Below, piece by piece: positions 35,455 to 45,846 of a stretch of DNA of 64,000 bases. The stretch is from assembly GCA_963707985.1 (NCBI GenBank), contig CAVPRW010000011.1:32001-96000 (forward strand), written 5' to 3'. The position numbers and the translations under genes are program-made. How positions within the stretch are numbered: position 1 is the stretch's first letter; each line of letters begins with the position of its first letter. This DNA comes from an uncultured Nitrospinota bacterium (lineage in GTDB: Bacteria; Tectomicrobia; Entotheonellia; J063; CAVPRW01). The notes under the pieces were generated by a model. The model was not told where the DNA came from. It was given only the letters and a program-made list of their open reading frames with translations, and searched no databases.

Positions 35455-35549
35455 CCCCTCTCCCTCTGGGAGAGGGTCAGGGTGAGGGGAACACGTGAGC
35501 TACACCAAACAGCCCTCACCCCAACTCTTTCCCGGTGAGAGAGGGAGTA
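35455..35549. repeat. Inverted pair of REP-like elements
   Basis: CCCCTCTCCCTCTGGGAGAGGGTCAGGGTGAGGGG and CCCTCACCCCAACTCTTTCCCGGTGAGAGAGGG in the purL-purQ spacer. Confidence 0.75.
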
Positions 35550-35577
35550 AGACGCCAGGACGGGAAGGAACGCTCTT

Positions 35578-36372
35578 ATGCGCAAGCCACGGGCGCTGGT
35601 GCTGACAGGGTATGGCATTAACTGTGACTACGAGACGGCGCATGCCTTTAACCTGCCGGAGGTCGGCGGCGAGGGAGTCCGCGTCCACCTCAACGACCTC
35701 ATTGGCGCTCCGCAGATGCTCGGTGAGTATCAGATCCTGGTGATCCCAGGCGGTTTCTCGTTCGGAGATGATATTGCCTCAGGCAAGGTGCTGGCCGTGA
35801 AACTGAGAGGCCGATTGCTCGACTCACTGCGCGCCTTCGTCGACCATGGTCGTCTGGTGCTGGGCATCTGCAACGGTTTTCAAGTGTTGGTGAAACTTGG
35901 GATGTTGCCCAATCTGGAGGGGCGGTGTGAGCAAGTTGTCACATTGACCTTTAACGATTCTGGGCGTTTCGAGGATCGCTGGGTCTATCTCAAAGTAAAT
36001 CCTTCCTCTAATTGTGTCTTTACATCGGGAGTGGATCGGGTATATTTACCCGTACGCCATGGTGAGGGCAAATTTATCCCACGGGATGCGTCAACTCTCG
36101 CGACCTTAGAAGACCAACACGCCATCGTCATGCACTATACTGACATAGACGGCGAGCTTGGCGGGTATCCGTGGAATCCAAACGGCTCAGTCGGTAACAT
36201 TGCTGGGATCTGTGACGTGACCGGGCGCGTCTTCGGCCTCATGCCCCATCCGGAGGCCTACCTGTACTTCACCAACCATCCGCGTTGGACCCGTGAACGC
36301 GTGCCACCGGAGGGTATGGGAGTACAAATCTTTCGCAATGCTGTCAGCTATGTGAACGAGGCCCTATCGTAA
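35578..36372 (+). CDS. purQ: FGAM synthase glutaminase subunit
   Basis: GINCD.ET, PGGFSFGD, GICNGFQ, GLMPHPE. Confidence 0.95.
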   Translation: MRKPRALVLTGYGINCDYETAHAFNLPEVGGEGVRVHLNDLIGAPQMLGEYQILVIPGGFSFGDDIASGKVLAVKLRGRLLDSLRAFVDHGRLVLGICNGFQVLVKLGMLPNLEGRCEQVVTLTFNDSGRFEDRWVYLKVNPSSNCVFTSGVDRVYLPVRHGEGKFIPRDASTLATLEDQHAIVMHYTDIDGELGGYPWNPNGSVGNIAGICDVTGRVFGLMPHPEAYLYFTNHPRWTRERVPPEGMGVQIFRNAVSYVNEALS

Positions 36373-36453
36373 GCCAGGGCGCTCTGTGGCCAGGGGTGAG
36401 GGCGCAGTCGACCCTGTGGCTGCCAGCCCCTAGACCGGAGTAACCCCCAGCCC

Positions 36454-37887
36454 ATGACAGATTACCAAACCTACGAAAATCCGCTGGGTGCCCGCTATGC
36501 CAGTCGGGAGATGCTCTATACCTTCTCCGCTGAGACAAAATTCCGCACCTGGCGCCGTCTCTGGGTCGCTCTGGCCGAGGCCGAGCAGGAGTTGGGATTG
36601 CCCATCACCACCGAGCAAATCGAGGCCTTGCGCGCCTATCAGAATGAGGTCAATTACGCAGTTGCAGAGGCGCGTGAACGCCAGGTGCGGCATGATGTGA
36701 TGGCGCATATCTACGCCTACGGCGAGCAGTGTCCCAGTGCCCGAGGCATTATTCACCTGGGGGCGACCAGTGCATACGTCACCGACAACACCGACTTGCT
36801 CCAGATGCGCCATGGGCTGCACCTTTTGGGGGACAAACTCCAGCAATTGATCGCCGATCTAGCTGCCTTCGCGGCGCGTCATAAGGACCTGGTGACGCTG
36901 GGCTATACACACTTCCAGCCCGCCCAGCTCACGACGGTCGGGAAACGCGCCTGCCTGTGGTTGCAAGACCTGATGATGGATTACGAAGCGCTAGAGCATT
37001 GCTCCGCCGGCCTCAAGTTTCGGGGAGTCAAAGGGACGACGGGGACCCAGGCGAGTTTTTTAGAATTGTTCGAGGGTGACCACGCCAAAGTCAAACAGCT
37101 CGACGCCCTGGTCACCGAGCGTATGGGCTTTCGCGAAGCCTTCCCCATCACCGGGCAAACGTATCCACGCAAGCAAGACAGCCGGGTCATTCACATTCTC
37201 TCTGAGATCGCCGCCTCAGCCCACAAATTCAGCTCGGATCTTCGGTTGCTGCAGAGTGTGGGAGAAATCGAGGAACCCTTTGAGGCGGATCAGGTGGGCT
37301 CCTCGGCCATGGCGTATAAGCGGAATCCCATGCGCAGCGAGCGTATCGCTGGCTTGTCCCGCTATGTCATCACCACAGCCTTGAACGCTCCTCTGACCGA
37401 GGCGACCCAATGGTTTGAGCGCACGCTCGACGATTCGTCGAACCGGCGTCTGCTGATTCCCGAAGCGTTCCTGGCCACCGACGCCGTTTTGCGACTCTAT
37501 CTTAACGTGGTACGCGGTCTGGTGGTCAATCCCACAGTCATTGCCCGTCGCGTGGCACAGGAGCTCCCCTTCATGGCCACCGAAGCGCTGTTGATGGCTG
37601 GGGTCAAAGCCGGTGGAGATCGACAGACGTTACACGAGCGCATCCGCGTTCATTCTCTGGCGGCCGCGCAGGCGGTGAAGGAAGGCAGAGCGAACGATCT
37701 CATGGGGCGTGTTGCCGCCGATCCAGCCTTCGCGGCAGTCCACGATGAGCTCCCCAAGCTGCTGACGCCCATGCGCTTTGTCGGTCGTGCACCACAACAA
37801 GTCGACGACTATCTGTCCACAACGATCTATCCACTGTTGCAACAGCGTGAACACCTGGAACCGGTGGATGCCGAGGTGCACGTCTAG
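36454..37887 (+). CDS. purB: Adenylosuccinate lyase
   Basis: RHDVMAH, HLGATS, THFQPAQ, GSSAMAYKRNP. Confidence 0.96.
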   Translation: MTDYQTYENPLGARYASREMLYTFSAETKFRTWRRLWVALAEAEQELGLPITTEQIEALRAYQNEVNYAVAEARERQVRHDVMAHIYAYGEQCPSARGIIHLGATSAYVTDNTDLLQMRHGLHLLGDKLQQLIADLAAFAARHKDLVTLGYTHFQPAQLTTVGKRACLWLQDLMMDYEALEHCSAGLKFRGVKGTTGTQASFLELFEGDHAKVKQLDALVTERMGFREAFPITGQTYPRKQDSRVIHILSEIAASAHKFSSDLRLLQSVGEIEEPFEADQVGSSAMAYKRNPMRSERIAGLSRYVITTALNAPLTEATQWFERTLDDSSNRRLLIPEAFLATDAVLRLYLNVVRGLVVNPTVIARRVAQELPFMATEALLMAGVKAGGDRQTLHERIRVHSLAAAQAVKEGRANDLMGRVAADPAFAAVHDELPKLLTPMRFVGRAPQQVDDYLSTTIYPLLQQREHLEPVDAEVHV

Positions 37888-37902
37888 AAGAGGAGGGAGA
37901 GA

Positions 37903-38490
37903 GTGGAGCCAGGGGAGTCGGACATTGCCCAACGGGGTCGTATCCTGGTGGATTGGGAGATCCGCGAGTATGCCGACAAATATGGCATGATCGAACCCTT
38001 TGAGAATCATCTGGTGCGTGAGGGGGTGATCTCCTACGGACTCTCCTCGATGGGCTACGACATCCGCATCGCGGATGAGTTCAAGATTTTCACGAATATC
38101 AATACCACTGTGGTCGATCCCAAGCATTTCGACCCGCGTTCATTCATCGATGTCCGCAGCGAATCCTGCATCATTCCGCCAAACTCATTTGCATTAGGAC
38201 GGTCCTTGGAGTATTTTCGTATCCCGCGCAAGGTCTTGGGGATTTGTATCGGCAAATCGACGTATGCCCGTTGTGGCATCGTGGTCAATATTACCCCACT
38301 CGAGTGTGAGTGGGAGGGACATCTGACCATCGAAATTTCCAATACCACACCATTGCCGGCGAAAATTTATAGTAATGAAGGTATCGCGCAGGTCATCTTT
38401 CTTGAAAGCGAGCAGGTCTGTGAGGTCTCATACGCCGATCGTGGGGGGAAATATCAATTTCAGCGCGGTATCACCATCCCACGGGTGTAA
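37903..38490 (+). CDS. dcd: dCTP deaminase
   Basis: [33 protein letters not shown]. Confidence 0.95.
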   Translation: MEPGESDIAQRGRILVDWEIREYADKYGMIEPFENHLVREGVISYGLSSMGYDIRIADEFKIFTNINTTVVDPKHFDPRSFIDVRSESCIIPPNSFALGRSLEYFRIPRKVLGICIGKSTYARCGIVVNITPLECEWEGHLTIEISNTTPLPAKIYSNEGIAQVIFLESEQVCEVSYADRGGKYQFQRGITIPRV

Positions 38491-38522
38491 CCCTGCAGCT
38501 GAGCTGAGAAGGAGGCGCGTTT

Positions 38523-39360
38523 GTGAAAGTCAAACTGGCGAAATCGGCTGGATTCTGTTGGGGCGTCCGCCGGACCATGAACATCGCCATGGATGCGGCG
38601 GAAAGTACCGACGGGCCGGTGAATACCTTCGGGCCCTTGATTCACAATCCCCAGGTGGTGGACCTACTGGCCAGCAAGGGGATGAAGGTGGTGAACACCT
38701 TCGATGAGCTCGAAGAGGGCACCACCCTGGTGATTCGTGCCCACGGAATTCCACCGGAGACTCGGCAAGAACTCAAGAGCCGCGGCGTCAAATTCCGCGA
38801 CGGTACGTGTCCCTTGGTCGCCAAAGTCCACGCGCATATCAAGAAGTATCTAGGGCAGGGCTATGAGCTGGTAATTTTGGGGCATAAGGACCACCCTGAG
38901 GTCATCGGGCATCTAGGCTATGCTCAGGGCCATGGCACTGTGATCGGTTCGGTCGAGGATGTGGATACGCTGCCCCCAATGGGCAAAGTGTGTTTGGTGT
39001 CCCAGACGACGGCGAACGAGACCAAGTTTCACCAGGTGGCACAGCAGCTCAAGGCTAGGTACGACGACTGTGTAGTGGTGAACACCATTTGCGACGACAC
39101 GCATACCCGACAGGAAGAGGTGTTGCAGGTGGCGGAGACGGTCGACGCCATGGTGATCGTCGGCGGCAAGGGTAGCAGCAATACCCAGCGCCTGGTGGAG
39201 CTGTCCAGCTCGAAGGGTATTCCAGCATTTCATGTCGAAACTGCGGACGAATTGGAGCTCGACAAGCTGACCGAATACGAGACCGTCGGGGTGACCGCCG
39301 GAGCTTCCACCCCCAACTGGATCATCCAGCAAGTGGTCGAGCGCCTAGAACAGCGCGCAA
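38523..39360 (+). CDS. ispH: 4-hydroxy-3-methylbut-2-enyl diphosphate reductase (3' end uncertain; probably fused to the next ORF)
   Basis: AGFCWGV, IHNPQV, RAHG, TCP, HPEV, SQTT, NTIC, SSNT, TAGASTP. Confidence 0.93.
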
Positions 39361-39387
39361 ACACGCCGGCCGACAGGCTGGAAGCTG

Positions 39388-40266
39388 ATGCAGCGCATGC
39401 TCAGGTTTCTGACCCTGACCAATCTGTATATTGCGCTCGGGGCGGCAGGGTTGACTTTGGCCAACACCCAACTCTTGGGTCAAGGATTTACCCCAGTGTA
39501 TCTGGTCATTGCAGCGTTTTATGTGTTGGCCGTGCATACGTTGAATCGGTTGGCAGAGGTGAAAGCGGGCAAGCTCAATGACCCCAACCGCAGCGAATTC
39601 TATCAGCAGCATCGGGGCATCCTGCAGGCTAGCGCGCTGGCGTGTGGCTTGGGGACGATCGCCATGTCGCTCAGTCTCGGCTGGGGAGCACTGGCATTAA
39701 CGACCCTGATGGTGGTCATGGGTGGACTCTACCAGACTGATCTGGTGTGGGGTGAGCGTGCCAATACCTTGAAATATCGACGCCTGAGGGACATCCCAAC
39801 GTCCAAGACCTTATTCGTACCGTTGGCGTGGGCGGTCATTACCCTGATTCTGCCGGCGCTCAGTTCCGCCACACCGGTGCTCTGGTGGCAGATTGGGGCG
39901 CTCTCCTGTATGTCCTTTTTGCTGGTGTTTGTGCGCTCGACCCTGTTGGACATTCGTGACATTCAAGGGGATCGGCTCGTCGGCAAGGAGACCATCCCCA
40001 TCGTGCTCGGGCTGAAGCGGACTATGCAGTTGCTTGTGGGTGCCACGGTTATTCTGGGCCTGCTCTTTGTCGTGGCGCCTCTCAGCGGTTGGCTCAGCCC
40101 ATGGCATGCCAGTTTTTTGTTGGGCGTCGGGTACCTGTCGGCAGTGGCCTACCTGATCACCCATCAACGTATCGCGCGTCGTTTTTTGAGCGAATCGTTG
40201 GTGGATGGAACCTTCCTGGTGTTCGGTGGTATTGCACTGGTCATCATGCTTAGTCGATCATCATAG
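39388..40266 (+). CDS. UbiA-like prenyltransferase membrane domain
   Basis: Multiple TM helices; HTLNR and DIRDIQGD..GKETIP Asp-rich motifs. Confidence 0.8.
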   Translation: MQRMLRFLTLTNLYIALGAAGLTLANTQLLGQGFTPVYLVIAAFYVLAVHTLNRLAEVKAGKLNDPNRSEFYQQHRGILQASALACGLGTIAMSLSLGWGALALTTLMVVMGGLYQTDLVWGERANTLKYRRLRDIPTSKTLFVPLAWAVITLILPALSSATPVLWWQIGALSCMSFLLVFVRSTLLDIRDIQGDRLVGKETIPIVLGLKRTMQLLVGATVILGLLFVVAPLSGWLSPWHASFLLGVGYLSAVAYLITHQRIARRFLSESLVDGTFLVFGGIALVIMLSRSS

Positions 40267-40348
40267 CCGGTTTTGCCAGAGCTCCAGGGTGGTTCAGGGC
40301 AGATGGCCGCTGGAGCTCTGGTGAGCGGTCTCCTTGAGACACCATACT

Positions 40349-41626
40349 ATGCTCGACATTGCGTTCATTCGGGAATTCCCGGACCTGGTCAAGGCCGGGG
40401 CAAGGAAAAAGCGGATACAGGTGGATGTCGACCGTCTGCTGGATGTTGATCGGCAGCGACGCAGCCTTATTACCGAGATCGAACAGTTGCGCGCCGAGCG
40501 CAATCGTACATCGAAACTGGTGTCAAGCCTTCCCCCCAGCGAGCGTGAGACCGTCCTGGCCGAAACGCGCGGCCTTACCGAACAAATTAGGCTCAGCGAG
40601 ACAGCCCTAGCACCGCTCGAGGCAGAGTTCGAGCAGTTGATGCTCCAGGTTCCCAATGTGCCGGCCGCTGATGTGCCTGAGGGCCTGACCGATGCGGATA
40701 ATGTCGAGATTCGGCGTTGGGGAGAGCTACCAACCTTCTCCTTCACCCCGCGCGATCATGTCGAGCTCGGAGAAATTCTCGACCTTATCGACGTCAAGCG
40801 TGCGGTCAGGATTGCCGGAGCGCGAACCTACTATTTAAAAAACGAAGCGGTGCTCCTGGAGTTGGCGGTGTTGCGCTTTACGTTGGATCACATGATGCGC
40901 CGGGGCTTCATCCCCATGCTGGTGCCACACCTGGTCAAGGATGAGGCGATGCTCGGCACCGCCTATTTCCCTGGCGGTGAGGAGCAGGCCTATCGCGTCG
41001 AAAAGGATGCGGTGAATCTGATTGGGACCGCTGAGGTGCCGTTAACCGCGTATCATTACGACGAGATTTTGAGTGAGACCGAATTGCCCAAACGCTATGT
41101 CGGCATGTCGGCGTGTTATCGACGTGAAGCGGGCACCTATGGACGCGACACTCGCGGCCTCTATCGTATCCATCAGTTTCACAAAGTGGAGCAGGTGATT
41201 ATCTGCACGGCTGATGAACAGGTATCGATCGCGGAGCATGAAGACATCGTTCGCCACGCCGAGGAAATCTTACAAGCCCTGCAGCTGCCGTATCGCGTGG
41301 TGAATGTCTGTGGGGGTGATCTGGGGGCTCCACAGGTCAAGAAATACGACATCGAAACCTGGATGCCTAGCCGAGGGGGCTATGGAGAGACACACTCGGC
41401 CTCACGGTTTTATGACTTTCAGGCGCGCCGCTTGAAATTACGCTATCGTGACCGCCAGGGCCGTGTCCACTATGCCCATACCCTGAATAACACGGTGATC
41501 GCCTCCCCACGGATTCTCATTCCGATTCTGGAAATCTACCAGCAAGAAGATGGCTCTGTCATCGTGCCGGAGGCGCTGCGTCCCTATATGGGCGGGATCG
41601 ATCATATCGAGCGCAAGAAAAAATGA
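40349..41626 (+). CDS. serS: Serine--tRNA ligase
   Basis: MLDI, GTAEVP, YRREAG, HQFHKVEQ, HTLNNT. Confidence 0.96.
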   Translation: MLDIAFIREFPDLVKAGARKKRIQVDVDRLLDVDRQRRSLITEIEQLRAERNRTSKLVSSLPPSERETVLAETRGLTEQIRLSETALAPLEAEFEQLMLQVPNVPAADVPEGLTDADNVEIRRWGELPTFSFTPRDHVELGEILDLIDVKRAVRIAGARTYYLKNEAVLLELAVLRFTLDHMMRRGFIPMLVPHLVKDEAMLGTAYFPGGEEQAYRVEKDAVNLIGTAEVPLTAYHYDEILSETELPKRYVGMSACYRREAGTYGRDTRGLYRIHQFHKVEQVIICTADEQVSIAEHEDIVRHAEEILQALQLPYRVVNVCGGDLGAPQVKKYDIETWMPSRGGYGETHSASRFYDFQARRLKLRYRDRQGRVHYAHTLNNTVIASPRILIPILEIYQQEDGSVIVPEALRPYMGGIDHIERKKK

Positions 41627-41716
41627 ACCGGCAGATGCATGCGGATGATCATTGCTTCTCCGTGTTTATCCGTGTCCAACTGTGGAAGCAGCTTTAATGG
41701 TTTTTAAGGATCCGCC

Positions 41717-43414
41717 ATGAACGCCTTTCGCGACCAGATTGTGCAGTATTTAGCGTCCCGCGTGCCGCTTGATGAAGCCGACCTTCAGCGAGCCATCGAA
41801 GTCCCCCCATCGGTAGAGCTTGGCGATTATGCCTTCCCCTGCTTTCCGCTGGCCAAAGCTCTACGCAAAGCACCGGCGGTGATCGCCACCGAGCTCGCGG
41901 CGGCGTTTCAGCCAACGGCGCTCATCAAGGAAGCTCGTGCCGCTGGGCCATACGTGAATTTCTTTGTGGATCGAGTGGCCTATGCTCGTGCCGCTCTGGG
42001 GGTGATCCTGGCGCAAGACAGCGAATATGGCAAATCGACAGAGGGCGTGGGCAAGACGGTCGTGATCGATTACTCTTCCCCGAATATCGCCAAACCTTTT
42101 GGCGTGGGACACTTACGTTCCACGGTCATCGGTAACGCGCTGTATCGGATTCACGACCATCTGGGTTATCGGGTTATGCGCATTAATCATCTGGGTGATT
42201 GGGGTACCCAATTCGGGAAACTCATCGTGGCATTCAAACGTTGGGGTAATGATACGGACCTCACGACCCACGCCATTCAGACCTTGTATGATCTCTATGT
42301 GCGCTTCCACACCGAGGTCGAAACCCACCCTGAGCTCGATGATGAGGCACGCGGTTGGTTCAAAGGTTTGGAGGATGGCGACCCAGAAGCGCGGGCCATC
42401 TGGCAACGTTTTCGTGATCTCAGCCTGCTGGAGTTCGCCCGCATCTATGAGCGGCTGGGTATTAGCTTCGATTCGCAGGCCGGAGAGAGCTTCTACGAGC
42501 CCTTTTTGGACCAAACGATCGAGCGCATCCGGCAGGCTGGCCTGGTGAGTATCAGCGACGAGGCCCTCATCGTCGATCTCGGTCCCTATAAGATGCCTCC
42601 GTGCCTGTTGCGGAAGAAAGATGAAGCGACCCTCTACGCCACCCGTGATCTGGCCGCCGCCATGTATCGTCATGAGACGTATGGCTTTTGGAAGATGCTC
42701 TACGTGGTGGGCGCAGACCAGCGCCTGCACTTTCAGCAGGTGTTCAAAGTCCTGGAGCTCATGGGATTCCCCTGGGCGAAAGATTGCGTCCACGTCGACT
42801 TCGGGTTGATCCGCTTTCATGACGAGAAGATGGGGACACGCCGCGGCAACATCATCTTTCTGGAAGATGTGCTGGATCGCGCCGTTGAGCTAGCTGAGCA
42901 GATTGTGCATGAGAAAAATCCCGAACTGCCTAACAAACACCAGGTGGCAGAAGCAGTAGGGATTGGCGCAGTCATTTTCACAGACCTCAGCACACGCCGC
43001 GTCAAGGATGTCAATTTCGAGTGGGAGAAAGTACTGACCTTTGAGGGAGAGACCGGGCCGTACGTGCAGTACACGCATGCCCGTGCCTGCAGTGTGCTCC
43101 GTAAGGCTGATCAAGCGCCAGGACCCGATGTCGATTACGGTCATTTGACGCAAGACGACGCCTTCGATCTGGTCCGCCTGCTGGCTGACTACCCAGTTGT
43201 GCTTCGCAGGGCTGCTGAGAGCTACGAACCGTTCTTCTTAACCGATTACCTGCTCACCCTGTCCGAGCGCTTCAACAAATACTATCACAATTATCGTATA
43301 TTGACTGATGACGCCGCGGTACGCGAGGCGCGATTAGTGCTCGTGAAAGATGTGCAACATGTGCTTGAGAGCGGACTCGCGCTGCTTGGCATCAAGGCAC
43401 CAGAAGAAATGTAA
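41717..43414 (+). CDS. argS: Arginine--tRNA ligase
   Basis: DYSSPNIAKPFGVGHLRST, NHLGDWGTQFG, YATRDLA, GPYVQY. Confidence 0.97.
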   Translation: MNAFRDQIVQYLASRVPLDEADLQRAIEVPPSVELGDYAFPCFPLAKALRKAPAVIATELAAAFQPTALIKEARAAGPYVNFFVDRVAYARAALGVILAQDSEYGKSTEGVGKTVVIDYSSPNIAKPFGVGHLRSTVIGNALYRIHDHLGYRVMRINHLGDWGTQFGKLIVAFKRWGNDTDLTTHAIQTLYDLYVRFHTEVETHPELDDEARGWFKGLEDGDPEARAIWQRFRDLSLLEFARIYERLGISFDSQAGESFYEPFLDQTIERIRQAGLVSISDEALIVDLGPYKMPPCLLRKKDEATLYATRDLAAAMYRHETYGFWKMLYVVGADQRLHFQQVFKVLELMGFPWAKDCVHVDFGLIRFHDEKMGTRRGNIIFLEDVLDRAVELAEQIVHEKNPELPNKHQVAEAVGIGAVIFTDLSTRRVKDVNFEWEKVLTFEGETGPYVQYTHARACSVLRKADQAPGPDVDYGHLTQDDAFDLVRLLADYPVVLRRAAESYEPFFLTDYLLTLSERFNKYYHNYRILTDDAAVREARLVLVKDVQHVLESGLALLGIKAPEEM

Positions 43415-43488
43415 CTTGAGATGGGGAAGTTTTGACAACTCCGGGCCTACCACGACAGACGACACTTCTGACCAGCGAGGAATGACGC

Positions 43489-44085
43489 ATGATTCTGATG
43501 CTCGACAACTATGACTCCTTCACCTACAACCTCGTCCAATACTTGGGCGAGCTGGGTGCCGACGTTCAGGTCTATCGAAACGATCAGATCACGGTGGCAG
43601 AGATCGAGCGACTTGCCCCGACGAAGATCGTCATCTCTCCAGGTCCATGCACTCCCACAGACGCGGGGATCTCTTGCGAGGTTATTCGGGAGTTCGCTGG
43701 TCGCGTGCCCTTGTTGGGTGTCTGTCTTGGCCATCAGTGTATTGGTGAAGTTTTTGGCGGGGAGATTGTACGAGCGCCCGCGCTGTTCCACGGCAAGACC
43801 TCGATGATTTACCATGATGGCAAAACGATTTTCCGTGGTCTACCCCATCCTTTTGAGGCAACGCGCTACCATTCGTTGATCATTCGCCGCGAGACGCTGC
43901 CTGATTGCTTGGAGGTGTCGGCAGAGACTGACGATGGGGTGATTATGGGCGTGAGACACCGGGAATTGCTGGTTGAGGGCGTGCAATTTCATCCCGAGTC
44001 GATCTTGACGCGTGAGGGCAAACCGTTGCTAGGGAATTTCCTATCCCAAGCGCCCGGTGTGGAACTCGAAGCGTTGCAACGATGA
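43489..44085 (+). CDS. trpG: Anthranilate/aminodeoxychorismate synthase component II (TrpG/PabA)
   Basis: [30 protein letters not shown]. Confidence 0.93.
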   Translation: MILMLDNYDSFTYNLVQYLGELGADVQVYRNDQITVAEIERLAPTKIVISPGPCTPTDAGISCEVIREFAGRVPLLGVCLGHQCIGEVFGGEIVRAPALFHGKTSMIYHDGKTIFRGLPHPFEATRYHSLIIRRETLPDCLEVSAETDDGVIMGVRHRELLVEGVQFHPESILTREGKPLLGNFLSQAPGVELEALQR

Positions 44086-44527
44086 ATCATGTGGCACTCG
44101 GGGGGCTTTCCCCATCTGAATGGGAGCATCCGACGGAATCGTTCGACAACGGAGTGCACGCGTCGGGACCGCTCGTGCGCTGACAGAAAATGCGCCCGCA
44201 TGCTCCCGAACAGCTCAGCGAAGCCCACAGCCAGTCATCTTGTGTCTAGATTCTTAAGGACAAGAAGGTCGCCGAGAGTCCCCGCCGCATCCACCTCTAT
44301 AATTTCCGGTTGGTCGATGAGATGCCCCTGCAGCGACTGTGGGCGGTTTTCCCGCGCATGCAGCCTTAGCATCGTCCACCACAGCCCCTTACGCTGAGTC
44401 TGTATGACGTCCGCTGGCGACTGGCCACGGGCATGTGTCTGCTAATGACCACGACTGCTTCAGGGCTTTGGAGTGAGCTCGGTCTGGTTGGCCCATGAGT
44501 GACACCAAACATAGGAGGAAACCGCTG

Positions 44528-45610
44528 ATGAGCTACAGCCGACGAGCATTTCTGGCCAGCGGGCTCGCCCTTGTTCCATTGGCATCGGTGTTGGCCCAAT
44601 CGGGCCATGACCACCACGGCGGCATGTATGAGCGGCTGCAGCAGCCGGGCCGTATCGATAAACCCGAGGTCGCTGCAGCTCAGAACGTGTTTGATAGTCC
44701 GACGCCCAAGGCGGCCAATCCAGGCCGCTGGATGGTGAAAGCGTCACTCCCGTTGCCACGTAGCGAAATGGCCTGGGCCACCGAATGTATTGGTCGCCTG
44801 CACCTTGTCGGTGGTTATGCAGAGCAGCGCGTTGATCGGCCCTATCACCACGTCTATGATCCAGCGAGCGATCGCTGGACGGTAGCCGCACCACTGCCAC
44901 GCGGTGCCAATCATGTCGGCGTCGTTTGTATGGACCGCCGGCTGTACGCCATTGGCGGGTTTATCGAGCAGAATCGCCGGCCCCACAACGAGTGTTTCGT
45001 CTACGACGTCTCCACGGATCGATGGGAGCGGATTGCTTCTCTCCCCGCTCCCTGTGGCTCGGTGGCCTGCGTCACCCTTGGCGGTGTGCTGCACGGCATC
45101 GGCGGCGCTGTCGGTGACACTTCAGAGGCTAAGCGATCTGTCGACTGGCATCTAGTGTATGATCCAAAGGTGGACCGGTGGGAACAACGCGCGCCGCTAC
45201 CGACCGGGCGCGACCATATTGGGGCTCTCAACGTCGGGGACCGAATATACGTCATCGGCGGCCGTGTCAATAGCTTCCATACCAACTCGAATCTGCATCA
45301 TGTCTACGACCCGGGTCAGGACAAATGGGAGCCGCGTAATCCTCTGCCGACGGCGCGCTCCGGCCATGGAGCGGTATATTACCGCGGCAAGATTTTCGTG
45401 ATGGGCGGTGAAGGAACGAACCGCGTGTTCGGCCAGAATGAGGCCTACGACCCGGAGAAAGATGCATGGGAGCAGTATGCACCGATGCTGACGCCACGCC
45501 ATGGCCTTGGAGCCGTGGCTATCGGCGACGCCATTTACGTGGCGGGAGGTGGTCCGATCATGGGCGGTAGCGTCCAGAGCGCCGTGCACGAGGCTTTTAC
45601 GCTCGGCTGA
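44528..45610 (+). CDS. Tat-exported Kelch-repeat protein
   Basis: SRRAFLA Tat motif; about six GG...YDP..DxW repeats. Confidence 0.88.
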   Translation: MSYSRRAFLASGLALVPLASVLAQSGHDHHGGMYERLQQPGRIDKPEVAAAQNVFDSPTPKAANPGRWMVKASLPLPRSEMAWATECIGRLHLVGGYAEQRVDRPYHHVYDPASDRWTVAAPLPRGANHVGVVCMDRRLYAIGGFIEQNRRPHNECFVYDVSTDRWERIASLPAPCGSVACVTLGGVLHGIGGAVGDTSEAKRSVDWHLVYDPKVDRWEQRAPLPTGRDHIGALNVGDRIYVIGGRVNSFHTNSNLHHVYDPGQDKWEPRNPLPTARSGHGAVYYRGKIFVMGGEGTNRVFGQNEAYDPEKDAWEQYAPMLTPRHGLGAVAIGDAIYVAGGGPIMGGSVQSAVHEAFTLG

Positions 45611-45846
45611 TCTGGGTGTCATGCCTGCCTATCGTGTCGTGGTGCAGTACGGATGGCACCGTCCCACGTCAACGTGTCCAGCCGCGGCGTGCAGTGTATC
45701 TGGTCACCTACCTCACAAGCATTATGGTATGCTACATCTTGGCATGCACTACCTTCATACAGGGCCGTCTTCTGCGGGAGACACCCTTGAGTCTGCTATT
45801 CGGTTTTGATTGAGGCCAATCAACAGATCCAGGGACCAGAAAAACA

